From: Phoronis australis
Taxonomy: Eukaryota; Animalia; Phoronida
Reading direction: 5' to 3'
DNA length: 64,000 nucleotides
Assembly (NCBI GenBank): GCA_002633005.1
Contig: NMRA01000150.1
Span: 1,976 to 65,975, forward strand
Under the pieces are notes generated by a model, which saw nothing but the letters and a program-made list of their open reading frames with translations, made no database searches and was not told where the DNA came from. The position numbers and the translations under genes were made by a program. Of this stretch, positions 37,851 to 48,946 are shown piece by piece; the first letter of the stretch is position 1; each line of letters begins with the position of its first letter.

Positions 37851-40099
37851 TATTAAGTGACGTCATTTGCGATAAACCCAAGCGCCTGTGGTTACGACTA
37901 ACTACAAGATGACCAAAATCTCGGCTCGCATTTTGCCTAGCGCCGAGTCCTGTTTCCAACATCACCGACTCAGTATGGACGCTTTGCTCGTTGCAACAAA
38001 CCAATGGTGCCGGTTACCCGAATAATGGGGGCTTCGTCTTCGAATTATTTTTACCGTGTTAGTATTTTTTAACATTAATATCTTAAGCACTTCGGAGTAA
38101 TGCCTTTGCGGTAACTGTTGATTGACGATTGGCTTATGTCTGGCAACCTCCCCCGGGCGGTCAAAATAAAACAACCGTAGAACCTTACGCTGAAAATGTC
38201 ATTGAGTCACGGAGTCTCGAACATAAACATCCCAAACGCAAAAAACACATGGATTAGTTTTTCAAACTTTAATTACAAATATTTTAAAACTGCTCTCTAA
38301 CTCAGAATTGACAACTAACTCGTGATTCTGCTGTGACTTACGCAGCACGTGAAGCTTGCACGCGCGCACTTTGCACTGTCACCACGTCTGTGAGGACAGT
38401 TGCAATCGAAGTGGAGCGCTGCATAGTCCGGCACTGGTCGTCTGCACTCCACAGGTACAGCTCTAACAAGACGGCAGGACGACACGGGCTATTATACTCA
38501 GCAATTTTGTAAATTGAACTGAAATAATTAATCTGAGGGCAACAGAACCTTTGTTAGGATCATTCGCTGTTATGACATTTTTACCGTCATTTGGCGACGT
38601 GGCGAAAGCTCGGAAAAGTGCTACGCGTTCCCACTACGTGTGGGGACTGGGATCATGAGGAAAGATTAGCCGCCCAGGGCGGTTTTCTTTCGTAATAAGC
38701 GCCCATGTTCGGTTAACCGCCCACTCCTGATTTCTTGAAATTTCACTGATGTTTAAGCTCCCATGTCCGGTTAACCGCCCACCCCCCAATTTTTGGGTTT
38801 GCCAATTTAACCGCCCAGGGCGTTAACCCGAACGTTTACGGTAATACTACAAGGTATGACACTCTGGACTAGATATTCCAGGGGTGCTCACTGCCGTTCA
38901 TAGCAGACATAAAACTCAATAAATTCACACAAAAAGGAGGTTCAACAAACCGTGAGGAATTGTTTTTTCTCCCAATACCATTTACGGTGTACTGATCCAC
39001 CGATTTCGCAAGAAATTCGCGGTCAAAGCAAAAAGTTTTTCCCAAAAAGTCCGTCTCGAGCAACTCCCGTGTCACACGCGTAAGGTACGGAATTGTAAGA
39101 TGAGTTACGGATGAACGGCAATTACCGGAGTGTCATACCTTGTAGTATTATATATAGGGTATTGGGGAGAAGCTGAGGACGCCTGTGGTATTTTTTACCC
39201 TTTCACTCCTGCTAAGCCAGACTAAGAAAAATAGGGGCAAAAATGCCAAATGGGCACTTTTCACCCCGAACCACCACTTCCTGCCAACGCTCGACTAAAG
39301 CCAACATAAGATTCCAAAAGAAAATTTCCAACCGATTCCAAAAATGCGGTCCAAAAGTACTGTCAACCAACTACCTGAAATCGCGGCCAATTTCTCAGTC
39401 GCTACACAGCAATGCACAGCCACAGGGGGCCATTTTCTTTGAACACTGTGCAGCTAGGCTACACTACAGCCGAGCAAGTGGTCGTTTTTCATTCTCAACG
39501 TGATCACAAATACGAAAGAAAACACATTAACTTGGCCTACATGTAATACCTAACTAAAAAGTGCCCCCAAGCTTGTCCTACCTCTAGATTTTAATATTTT
39601 GACAGTGGAAATTGGCTGCAGCCGCAGGCTAACAGTTTAGTGCCACCTGTCGGACCATTTTTAAAGTTGTAAAGGGAATCGGTGGAGTACTAAGTTAGTT
39701 TCTAAAATGTTGACTGTTCGTAGCCGATAAAAATATTTGCAGCGTTGTGTACTTTTTCACTCATTCGAATCGCATACCAGAGAACCATGGTGACAACTTA
39801 TAGAGAGTGAAACAAGAGAGAAGACACTGGGTTTTATTTTGCAATAAATATCAGTGAAACCCAAATCTACAAACTATCCATCGCTTACTTCCGTCGACAT
39901 CGCTGCTTTGACTTATAACCCAAAGAATTTATAAACAAGAAGAATTCGCTGAAAAATGCCCAAACAGTTAGTTTGCTTGATTGGGATTCCTTGCAGATAG
40001 AGTCGAGACGCGGCAGAACCCGAAATTTTAGCGTGAGGGGCACATTGTATTGAGGCTTATTCGCATCGCGAATGTTCCAGATTACGCTAAAATAGGGGT

Positions 40100-40326
40100 C
40101 TCAAGTTAAATGTAAAAACCAATCAAAATAGAACTAAAAATTTCGTCATCGGAAGTCCCATATAAGTAATTAACCATCTTACACCCCTTTAAAATGTAGT
40201 AACACACTCTAGCTTCTGGAACTAAACTGACGACTCGTCTTCACTCGACGACTCCATCAATAGACGGCACTCCCGTCACAAAATTATCGCGCCATCTTCT
40301 GGTGACTGACAACGACGAAATGGCGG
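40100..40326 (+). promoter_or_regulatory. Housekeeping-type promoter candidate
   Basis: CCAAT (about 40119), ETS CGGAAGT (40150), YY1-type CGCCATCTT (40290) and AAATGGCGG overlapping the ATG. Confidence 0.4.
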
Positions 40327-40375
40327 GGGGTGACAGCGGTCCGGAAGCCAAGCGCACAAAAACGAGCAATGTTAC
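40320..40375 (+). CDS. First coding exon of an unidentified gene (candidate Rdx-like selenoprotein)
   Basis: gaaATGg context; MAGGDSGPEAKRTKTSNVT with an NLS-like AKRTK; consensus donor gtaagt, phase 2. Confidence 0.55.
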
Positions 40376-40548
40376 GTAAGTTAAATTAGTTAGAGACCTC
40401 GGGTTACACATTGACCTTTTTCTTGTGTGAGTAACGTTGCGTGGAAAATGAGAGCGCATTATTTGACACGCATGTGCAGATCGCACTCTCAGTCACGTGC
40501 TCGGGCAGTTCATTCTCACGGCTATGTCAGTCAATGACTGGAATGAGC

Positions 40549-41062
40549 CACAGGCGTCCTCAGCTTCTGATCGTCCCCAATACACTACATAATACTACAA
40601 GGTATGACACTTCGGACTTGAAATTCCACGGGTGCTTCACTTCAGCCGTCTATAGCAAACATAAAACTCAATAAATTTGCACAAAACAGGGGTTCAACAA
40701 ACCATGAAGAATTGTTCTTTCTCCCAATACCATTCACGGTGTCCTGTTACGGCGACTTCGTAAGAAATTCGCGGTCAAAGAACAAAAATGTTCACAAAAA
40801 GCCCCCACACACGTTCTCCCTAGGCCCGTCGAGGTCAAGGACGGTACGGAAATTGCCGCTTGGTCGCGTAAAGTCACGATGTCGCTACTTCCGTAACTTC
40901 TTCATGGTTTGCTGAACCCCTGTTTTGTGCAAATTTATTGAGTTTTATGTTTGCTATGGACGGCTGAAGTGAAGCACCCGTGGAATTTCAAGTCCGAAGT
41001 GTCATACCTTGTAGTATTATATGTAGTGTATTGGGGACGATCAGAAGCTGAGGACGCCTGTG
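40549..41062. mobile_element. Young palindromic MITE, CACAG termini, 8-bp TSD
   Basis: ~165-bp near-perfect inverted arms; TSD gaatgagc at 40541-40548 and 41063-41070. Confidence 0.92.
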
Positions 41063-41509
41063 GAATGAGCAGCATTATTACATCAATTTTATATCACTGA
41101 TTCTCACCCTCTCGTCATCTCATTGCATTGGATTACATTGGAGTTTCGTCGACGTATCGAATACTATTGTGGTCTTATTGAGCCTGAGGATGGAGGCTTA
41201 TCCGACATCTATGGAGTAGTGCACTAGTGACTGTGGCGCTAGTCTAACATTAACAAGTGTTGTGACCATAGCATGGCATAGGCTAGCCAGAAGCGTGTTC
41301 AACAGAGTGAGTGCCTGCTAGCGTACTCACGAATACAAGAAACAGCTCCTGAACAAAAGCTATGAGCGCTTGCTGTACGTGCGGTCTAGTACCGATGAGC
41401 TTAACAGTCCAACTCCTTCCTATGGCGTACTGAGTGATGACTATGATGAATCTTTGCCAATATTAATATCAGCAGCCCAAGACAACAACCGTGAAGGCCT
41501 TGGAACGAC

Positions 41510-41605
41510 AAGAATCGAAAATTACGTTGAGGAAACAGTTCCTCGCTACCGCGACCCGCAATTTAAGTCGCACTAGCTTTCGGATGAGTCGGTCAACTTT
41601 TGAGG
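41510..41605 (+). pseudogene. PIF/Harbinger transposase N-terminal fragment
   Basis: IENYVEETVPRYRDPQFKSH[+4 nt]FRMSRSTFE matches the HARBI1-type FRMSRxTF motif. Confidence 0.65.
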
Positions 41606-42621
41606 TTAGTTTTCGTGTTGCAGAACCATAATGGGTTGATATGTTGCAGACGTGAAGCCTTCGCCGGACGCCATCTTGGAAATCTAAGCGAACATGCTCT
41701 CAAGGTCGTTTGCGAACGCTCGAGAGCGCTAACGTAAACACAGCTGTTCAGGACAAAGGCACTCAAATCTCTCAAGTGCGCTCACTCTATTGAACACGCT
41801 TCAGGCATATAGCCGAGAGCACTTAGCATAGCTGAACGAGGTACCAACATCTGACCACGGGAGCATTTAGAGTTCACCTCAGTATGCCCAGAAATGGACG
41901 TCTGCCGTTGAGCTGCACTCTGGGTATGACCCCTGGGCGCCTTACAAAGGGCCCAAAAATGAGCTCGTCTAGATATTCGAGGTACAGTCCAAAACTGATT
42001 TAAAATGAACGATATTGCAGCACTGAACACCGAATGACCCATAACAGACAAATTGCACTCTGGAATGGGTCCGGCAGAAACCAAAAAGGACCCCCAAAAA
42101 TGAGCTAGCACATACATTTGAGGTACCACAAAAAACCAACTCCATGTGATTCAATACATGTCACAGATAACTAAAACCCCCGGGACAGACAAAATACACT
42201 CTGGTTTTTTCCCGTCAGAAACCCCCAAAAATCTCAACCACAGTATGCCATCAAAAATTTGAGCTAGACTAGATTTTCGAGATACTGGCCAAAACTGATT
42301 TTAAACGAACGACAATACCGCACTGAACACTGAATGACCCATGACACGCAAGTTGCACTCTGGAATGGGTCAGGCGGAAACCAAAAAAGGCCACCTCAAA
42401 AATGAGCTAGCACATACATTCGAAGTACTACAAAAACAATTCCATGTGATTCAATACATGTCACAGATCACTAAATGGCACATGACAGACAAATTACACT
42501 CTGGATTGTGCTTGGCAGAAACCCCCAAAATCTCAACCACGGTATGCCATCAAAAATTTTAGCTAAACTAGATTTTCGAGGTACCGGCCAAAACTGAATT
42601 AAAACAAACAATAGTACCGCA

Positions 42622-45600
42622 TGTTGAGTATATAATCTAGCTAGCAGGCACCATATGTTAGTAATCATGTAGAACTTATGTAAGTCTTAATTGCGCATGC
42701 TCACTGTAGCCACATGTACTATAACCACGTGTTTTAGTCAATCGAATATAGTTAGTGATTCTGTACACACGTATTTTTTGTATTCCACGATGTCCCTCTC
42801 AACAGGTTATGGGCCCAGCGCCAGGAGCCGACTCTTATTCGACGGCAAACAGGAAAGTTTCCGGATATGGGATACAAGGTTCACTAACTATCTGTACACA
42901 CTAGATAAAGATGTGTACAACACTCTCATGGCGACCCCGGAGGCGCCAACTGGCAGCGATCTGATCAGCTGCAATCGCCGAGCGTATGCGGAACTTGTAC
43001 AGGTACTCGACGAGAGAAGCCTGCAGCTTATTATGACAGACGCTGATGGTGACGGCAAGAAAGCGTACGGGATACTGAGAAACTATTACGATAGCACGGA
43101 AAAACCCCGCGTCCTAACACTCTACGAAGAACTGACAACCATACGTTTGAACGATGGCGAGGATGTGACTGATTATATTATCAGGGCAGAGCGAGCGTGT
43201 GCCGGATTGAGAACCGCTGGCGAAAACATCACGGACAATTTAGTAATCGCTATGTTGTTAAAAGGCCTGCCTGAGTCCTACAAATCATTCATCGTTGTGC
43301 ATACACAAATGGATAAGTGCAAGAGTCTGAGCGAATTCAAAACGGCACTGAGCAATTACGCCAGTACGGAAGCTGCTCGACAACCGACAGCACAGAGCCA
43401 GTCTTGTGCAATGACCGCCCGTGGAAAACCGAGAAAACCAAAGTGCGTAGCGTGCGGAAAATTGGGACACGAAACGAAAGACTGTTGGGGTAAGTCAGAA
43501 TTACACTGCAACTTTTGTAAAAAATCTGGCAGCCACACTGAGAGCGAATGCTTTGCCAAGAAACGCCTGTCACGTTCGAGAAAACCGAACACTTCAGCAC
43601 GCATGGCCTTGGGCACAGACCACGGAGAGACTGGAGGCAATTCGGACTTCGGTTTCGTCACACGCGCGTACAATTCAGTGGAGAAACAAACTCACACTGG
43701 TAAATTGCTTGTTGATGGTGGTGCATCATCCCACATCATTAACGACCCTGGATTATTTGTGTCTTACGATAACACGTTTAAACCGCAGGAACATTTCATC
43801 GAGTTAGCAGACGGGCGCCGCAGTAATCAGCTGGCTACTGCGAGAGGAAATGCTAAATTAACTATATCAGACGCTCAAGGCATACCGCGAAATGTCACAT
43901 TACACAACGCATTGCTGGCTCCTGTTTTCCCAATGTGTTTATTTTCTGTTAGTGCGGCGACTGATCATGGTGGCACTGTTACGTTTGCTAAAGGGAAAGC
44001 CACGTTAACCCAGGGTGGTACGACGTTCAATATAGCTCGACGCGGAAAATTGTATTACCTACCAACGCAAACGGACATCACGCAAACGTATGTAACGCGT
44101 TCGTTAGAAGAATGGCATCACGTCTTGGGACACATGAACTATGACGACATATTAAATCTGGAGAAGGTTTGCGATGGAATGACCGTAGTGAAGCGGCAAA
44201 GGCGAAGCTGCACGACGTGCGACTTGAACAAGATTACGAAACAGCCGATCAACAGGGACATACCCGTGACACATGCGAAACGACCGCTCGAGAGGGTACA
44301 CACCGATGTGTGCGGCCCCATTACCCCGAACTCGCGGGAAGGATATAAGTACATTATCAATTTTGTGGATGAATATTCGAGTGCATTGTTTGTGTACTTC
44401 CTGAGATCGAAAGACGAAGCTCACATCGCCCTGAAAAGCTTCATCTCGGACACAGCGCCGTACGGCAAAATTCTGGAAATACATAGTGACAACGGTGGCG
44501 AATATGTGGGCGAATCTTTTCGCTCCGTACTACGCAACAATGGCATCAAACATTCTACAACTGCTCCCTACAGCAGTTTCCAGAACGGGAAAAGTGAACG
44601 CTCGTGGCGTTTGATTATGGAAATGGCGAGATGCCTACTCGTAGAGGCACCTGTCGATAAAATGTATTGGCCATATGCGGTGAAATACGCTCAGTATCTG
44701 CGGAACAGAAGCTTCCAGCGTCGCACCGGAAAAACAGCCTATGAACTATTCTGCGACAAGAAACCGGACATGAGACAAATGCATCATTTTGGATCGACCT
44801 GTGTTATTTTGAACGAACGTTCCAAGAGTAAGCTGGATAATCGCGGGAAACTTGGGACATATCTTGGAATTAACCCGCTGAACAATGCGCACTATGTTCT
44901 GGACTCTGAGAGTGGGCGTGTACTTACATCACGCAACATTAGAATGCAGACAGAGTACACTTTTGATGGTGAAGATAGCGAGCACGTGTTGCAGAAACCC
45001 GAGAACACCGAGGTCAAAGTTGAACCATCGAATGATAACTCGCAACCGCCAGAAACGCCAGTGGAGACTAGACCGAAGCGCGAAACACGCCCTCCGACGT
45101 ACTTGAGCGATTACCACGTGTATACGAGTATCGATTACGTGTACGCGGTGATGAACATTCCGACCACATACGACGAAGCAATTAACGCACCCGATGCTGT
45201 TAAATGGAAACAAGCTATGGATAGAGAGATCGAGTCACTAAAATCAAATGACACGTACGAAATTGTTCCCCTGCCCGAGGATCGCGCCGAGACCAAAGGC
45301 AAATGGGTTTATACGATTAAACAGGGCAAGAACCCTGAAGATGACGTCCAGCACAAAGCTAGGTACGTGGCGAAAGGATTTTCACAGATACCCGGAGTAG
45401 ACTATGATGAAACGTTTTCGCCAACGTCAAGATTTACGTCGTTGCGAATGCTTCTTCAGAAAGCAGCGAACGAGAAAATGATGATACACCAAATGGATGT
45501 CAAGGGTGCATACCTGAACGCCCCAATTGACAAGGAGATATTTGTAGCACAGCCATCTGGTTACGAACAATCGTCAACAGACGGCAGGCGACTGACATGG

Positions 45601-46940
45601 AGACTGAATAAATCACTTTACGGCCTTAAACAGTCTGGCCGATTGTGGTATGGAACATTAACAAGTTTCCTACAGGAGTTGGGTTTCACACAGAGTAAAA
45701 ATGACCCCTGCATGTTCAGTCGTGACACAGCGACCCTAATGTTTTGGGTGGATGATATCGTGGTCGCAAGCAGCTGTGAATCGGAAATAACGGACATTAA
45801 ATCACAGCTCAGTGAAAGATTCAGGATGGATGACCGCGGCGAACTCAAATGGTTCCTGGGCATCGACTTCAAACGCGCTCCAGACGGCTGCTACACTGCA
45901 AATCAGGAACGTTATGTCAGAGCAGTACTTGACCGTTTTGGCATGACCGAATGCAAACCCGTAGCAACACCGATTGACCCCGCAGTGAAACTGACACCAG
46001 TAACTGGAGATACCGAGGACCACGGATACCCTTACAGACAGGCCGTGGGGAGCCTCGTTTATTTAAGTTGTGCGACCAGACCAGACATCAGCTGGTCATT
46101 ATCGATGTTGTCACAATTTCTGAACAAACCCGGACATACACACATAGTGGCATTGAAACGTGTATTGCGTTATCTACAAGGGACAAAATCGTACGGACTA
46201 ACGTTTAGACCATCGAATTCTCCGATCACTGGTTACACCGATTCCGACTGGGCGGGCGACGCGAGTGACCGGAAGTCAACCTCCGGGTACGTGTTCGGTG
46301 TACCTGGATCTGCGCCAGTTTCGTGGAAGAGCCGGAAACAACCGACAGTAGCACTCTCCTCATGCGAGGCTGAGTACATGGCTTTAACCGAGGCCACAAA
46401 GGAGATGTTATATCTCCGGTCACTGACAAATGACTTGGGACTCCCGCTACCGGAAATGTCAGTGATCTATTCCGATAACCAGGGCGCGATTGCACTTACA
46501 AAGGAATCCGCTAAGCAACATCAAAGGACCAAGCACATTGATGTCCGTTATCACTTCGTGAGAGAACAAGAAAACATTCTGTTCGAGTATACTCCATCTG
46601 GGGACAACCATGCGGACATTCTTACTAAGGGACTGGGAAAGACTGCTCATTTACAGGGTGCAACGAACCTGGGACTTTTGTGATAAGTTTTTTGTTCATT
46701 GTGCGTTGCAACCCCTGGGCCTTTTTGTGTGTGGGCCTGCTCCCGATTAAGGGGGGGTGTTGAGTATATAATCTAGCTAGCAGGCACCATATGTTAGTAA
46801 TCATGTAGAACTTATGTAAGTCTTAATTGCGCATGCTCACTGTAGCCACATGTACTATAACCACGTGTTTTAGTCAATCGAATATAGTTAGTGATTCTGT
46901 ACACACGTATTTTTTGTATTCCACGATGTCCCTCTCAACA
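42622..46940 (+). mobile_element. Full-length Ty1/Copia LTR retrotransposon, 4319 bp
   Basis: 183-bp LTRs 42622-42804 and 46758-46940, identical by eye, TGTTGAG...CTCAACA; TSD ccgca; PBS GGTTATGGGCCCAG; PPT aaggggggg. Confidence 0.98.
42790..46683 (+). CDS. Copia gag-pol polyprotein, intact, about 1297 aa
   Basis: Two CCHC knuckles; PR LVDGGASSH; IN HHCC plus TDVCGP / SDNGGEY / KSER; RT MDVKGAYL and WVDD; RNase H TDSDW / EAEY / SDNQ / ADILTK; PR-IN-RT-RH order. Confidence 0.96.
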   Translation: MSLSTGYGPSARSRLLFDGKQESFRIWDTRFTNYLYTLDKDVYNTLMATPEAPTGSDLISCNRRAYAELVQVLDERSLQLIMTDADGDGKKAYGILRNYYDSTEKPRVLTLYEELTTIRLNDGEDVTDYIIRAERACAGLRTAGENITDNLVIAMLLKGLPESYKSFIVVHTQMDKCKSLSEFKTALSNYASTEAARQPTAQSQSCAMTARGKPRKPKCVACGKLGHETKDCWGKSELHCNFCKKSGSHTESECFAKKRLSRSRKPNTSARMALGTDHGETGGNSDFGFVTRAYNSVEKQTHTGKLLVDGGASSHIINDPGLFVSYDNTFKPQEHFIELADGRRSNQLATARGNAKLTISDAQGIPRNVTLHNALLAPVFPMCLFSVSAATDHGGTVTFAKGKATLTQGGTTFNIARRGKLYYLPTQTDITQTYVTRSLEEWHHVLGHMNYDDILNLEKVCDGMTVVKRQRRSCTTCDLNKITKQPINRDIPVTHAKRPLERVHTDVCGPITPNSREGYKYIINFVDEYSSALFVYFLRSKDEAHIALKSFISDTAPYGKILEIHSDNGGEYVGESFRSVLRNNGIKHSTTAPYSSFQNGKSERSWRLIMEMARCLLVEAPVDKMYWPYAVKYAQYLRNRSFQRRTGKTAYELFCDKKPDMRQMHHFGSTCVILNERSKSKLDNRGKLGTYLGINPLNNAHYVLDSESGRVLTSRNIRMQTEYTFDGEDSEHVLQKPENTEVKVEPSNDNSQPPETPVETRPKRETRPPTYLSDYHVYTSIDYVYAVMNIPTTYDEAINAPDAVKWKQAMDREIESLKSNDTYEIVPLPEDRAETKGKWVYTIKQGKNPEDDVQHKARYVAKGFSQIPGVDYDETFSPTSRFTSLRMLLQKAANEKMMIHQMDVKGAYLNAPIDKEIFVAQPSGYEQSSTDGRRLTWRLNKSLYGLKQSGRLWYGTLTSFLQELGFTQSKNDPCMFSRDTATLMFWVDDIVVASSCESEITDIKSQLSERFRMDDRGELKWFLGIDFKRAPDGCYTANQERYVRAVLDRFGMTECKPVATPIDPAVKLTPVTGDTEDHGYPYRQAVGSLVYLSCATRPDISWSLSMLSQFLNKPGHTHIVALKRVLRYLQGTKSYGLTFRPSNSPITGYTDSDWAGDASDRKSTSGYVFGVPGSAPVSWKSRKQPTVALSSCEAEYMALTEATKEMLYLRSLTNDLGLPLPEMSVIYSDNQGAIALTKESAKQHQRTKHIDVRYHFVREQENILFEYTPSGDNHADILTKGLGKTAHLQGATNLGLL

Positions 46941-48739
46941 CCGCACTGAACATTGAATGACCCATGACAGACAAATTACATTCTGGAATGGGTCCGGCAG
47001 AAACCAAAAAAGGACCCCCCAAAAATGAGCTAGCACATACATTCGAGGTATCAAACAAAACCAATTCCATGAGATTCAATGCATGCCCTATGACAGACAA
47101 AATACACTCTGGATTGTGCCTGGCAGAAACCTTCAAAAATCTCAACATCTCAACCACAGTATGCCATCGAAACTTTGAACTACATTAGATACCCGTGATA
47201 CCGGCTAAAACTGACTTAAAACCAATAATCGTGGCGCACCAGATGACCCATGACAGACAACAAATTGTGCTCTGGAAATCGTTTGCCAGACACTCAATTA
47301 CACCTTAAAAGGTCATCATTCGGGGTACCACAGTAAACAATTCCATGTCATTCAAATAGATGTTAATGGTTATCAAAATGCCCTATGACAGTTAAAACCC
47401 ACTGTGGGTTGTCCTTGCCAGCCCAAGAAACCTCAACCATGTAATTTTGAAAATATATGACATTAGATAATGAGTTTATACTTTTACGTCTACTGAGCTG
47501 AGTGAGCTCTCCCTGGCTGGTTGTCAAATTGATGATGGCCGAGAGTCAGCATTTTGGAAAGCACCTGATAACAGTAAAACTTTGGTATACCAGGAACTGT
47601 CTAAAGCCAACTTATTAAGTGAAGTTGAAGAACGCAGGTAGTGTAATATAAAAAGCTACTGCCAGCAGAAAAGATATGTAAGCGACCACACATGGCCCTT
47701 GAATTTGCGCTAGATCGAGGAACCACTAAAATTATTTCCAAAGGCCCTTTCATTCCATTGACTCCTAAACAATACATTGAAAGAAAAGCAACATGCGTAT
47801 TTTTAAAAACCTTTAATCAAAATAAACTACAGTACGTGAAATAGTCAGAACAACACTTTCAAACATCAACCCATCAACTTATAACAGTATAGTAACAGAC
47901 AATTAAAATCACTGTATAAACGAGAACATCAAGCTACTAGATGTTTAATGTCAACAGTAGTTTCCTGTTGTTTTAATACGTTTCAATATCAGATTCGTCA
48001 CTGCTACCCCAGCTTGATTCGGGCTGGTTTGTTTCGTCATGACCCATATTTCCTGTACCTCTTGATCGGCTTGATTTTCAAAAAGGACATCAGGAACGGC
48101 AGATCCACAAAACCATACGGGAGTGTAGTATTCATCTTGTATCTTCCAACCGTAGGTTGTTTCTCGGATCGGCAGAATCCGCTTGGCCCCAGAGCAAGGC
48201 AACATAATGGGCTCGTTCAAGCTTGTTCAACAGTGTCTTTCGGCAAGGAGGAGGCAATGAGCAGTCAATCTTCTTGATGTTAGACATCGGCTTTTCCTGA
48301 AATAAATAGTGAGAAGATTTTATTGACGAAGGACCAATTGTCTAACAGCTGACGAACAAAAACATAGAACCTCACTACCATTTACTGTTTTTTTAAGTAT
48401 GAAGTGAAACTGAGCCTTTTGGTTTAATACTATGAAAATACTTGAAATTATTTTTGTTGCTTTTATGAACTATATTTTATCAATTACAGTTATTGCCTTG
48501 TTTATTTTTCCAGTCATTTCGATTAATTTCAGACATCTTGCATCTTTGACTCCTCCATTCATTCCATATAGGAGGCATGTGAATTCTTCCTTCTAATTTT
48601 CTTTCGTCTGGGAGATCTACGCTTATTTACTCTGAAAAGAAGCTGATAAGTGTCCCAGATGAGGATTTCCAGAGGCCTGACTTTCCCTTTCCTATACAGT
48701 GCTTTTGTGACATCACATCCTGTCATGGCATGCAGACCA

Positions 48740-48891
48740 GGCGTGCGTTCAGTAACGCTAGAACCTATGCTAGGACCTGGCTAAAATCTAGTTTTAGTCA
48801 CGTGTTCTCACTTAAAATACACGGAAATATCTCGCGTAATCTCGCGAAGTCTTGCTTTTTAGCGAGGTCCAAGCGTTACTGAACGGGAGGC
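48740..48891. mobile_element. ~150-bp MITE inside the Academ coding relic
   Basis: Removal restores ALPGLHAMTGCD; inverted copy at 36417-36569. Confidence 0.75.
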
Positions 48892-48946
48892 AGGCAATGC
48901 TGCAGCGAGACCATGTTGCTCAAATCTGAACAATAGCAGTGACGTC

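Larger units (their letters stand above)
35918..38841. mobile_element. Tc1/mariner-like non-autonomous element nested in the CACAG MITE
   Basis: aaacgttcggg ... cccgaacgtttacgg|TA; subterminal ttaaccgccc repeats at both ends. Confidence 0.65.
35876..39187. mobile_element. CACAG-terminated MITE expanded by nested insertions
   Basis: TIR cacaggcgtcctcagct; 8-bp TSD gtattttt; same family as 40549-41062. Confidence 0.8.
41955..47430. repeat. Left array of ~300-bp tandem units (about 4, interrupted by the Copia)
   Basis: ctagattttcgag...ccaaaactga recurs near 41970, 42270, 42570 and 47190. Confidence 0.8.

Noticed and set aside
42691-42789. N-terminal 33 aa of the 1330-aa ORF call
   Set aside because: Starts at TTG in LTR sequence, probably upstream of or near the transcription start; ATG 42790 is more plausible
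43285-46650. Short antisense and alternate-frame ORFs inside the Copia
   Set aside because: Expected shadows of a long coding frame; no recognisable motifs
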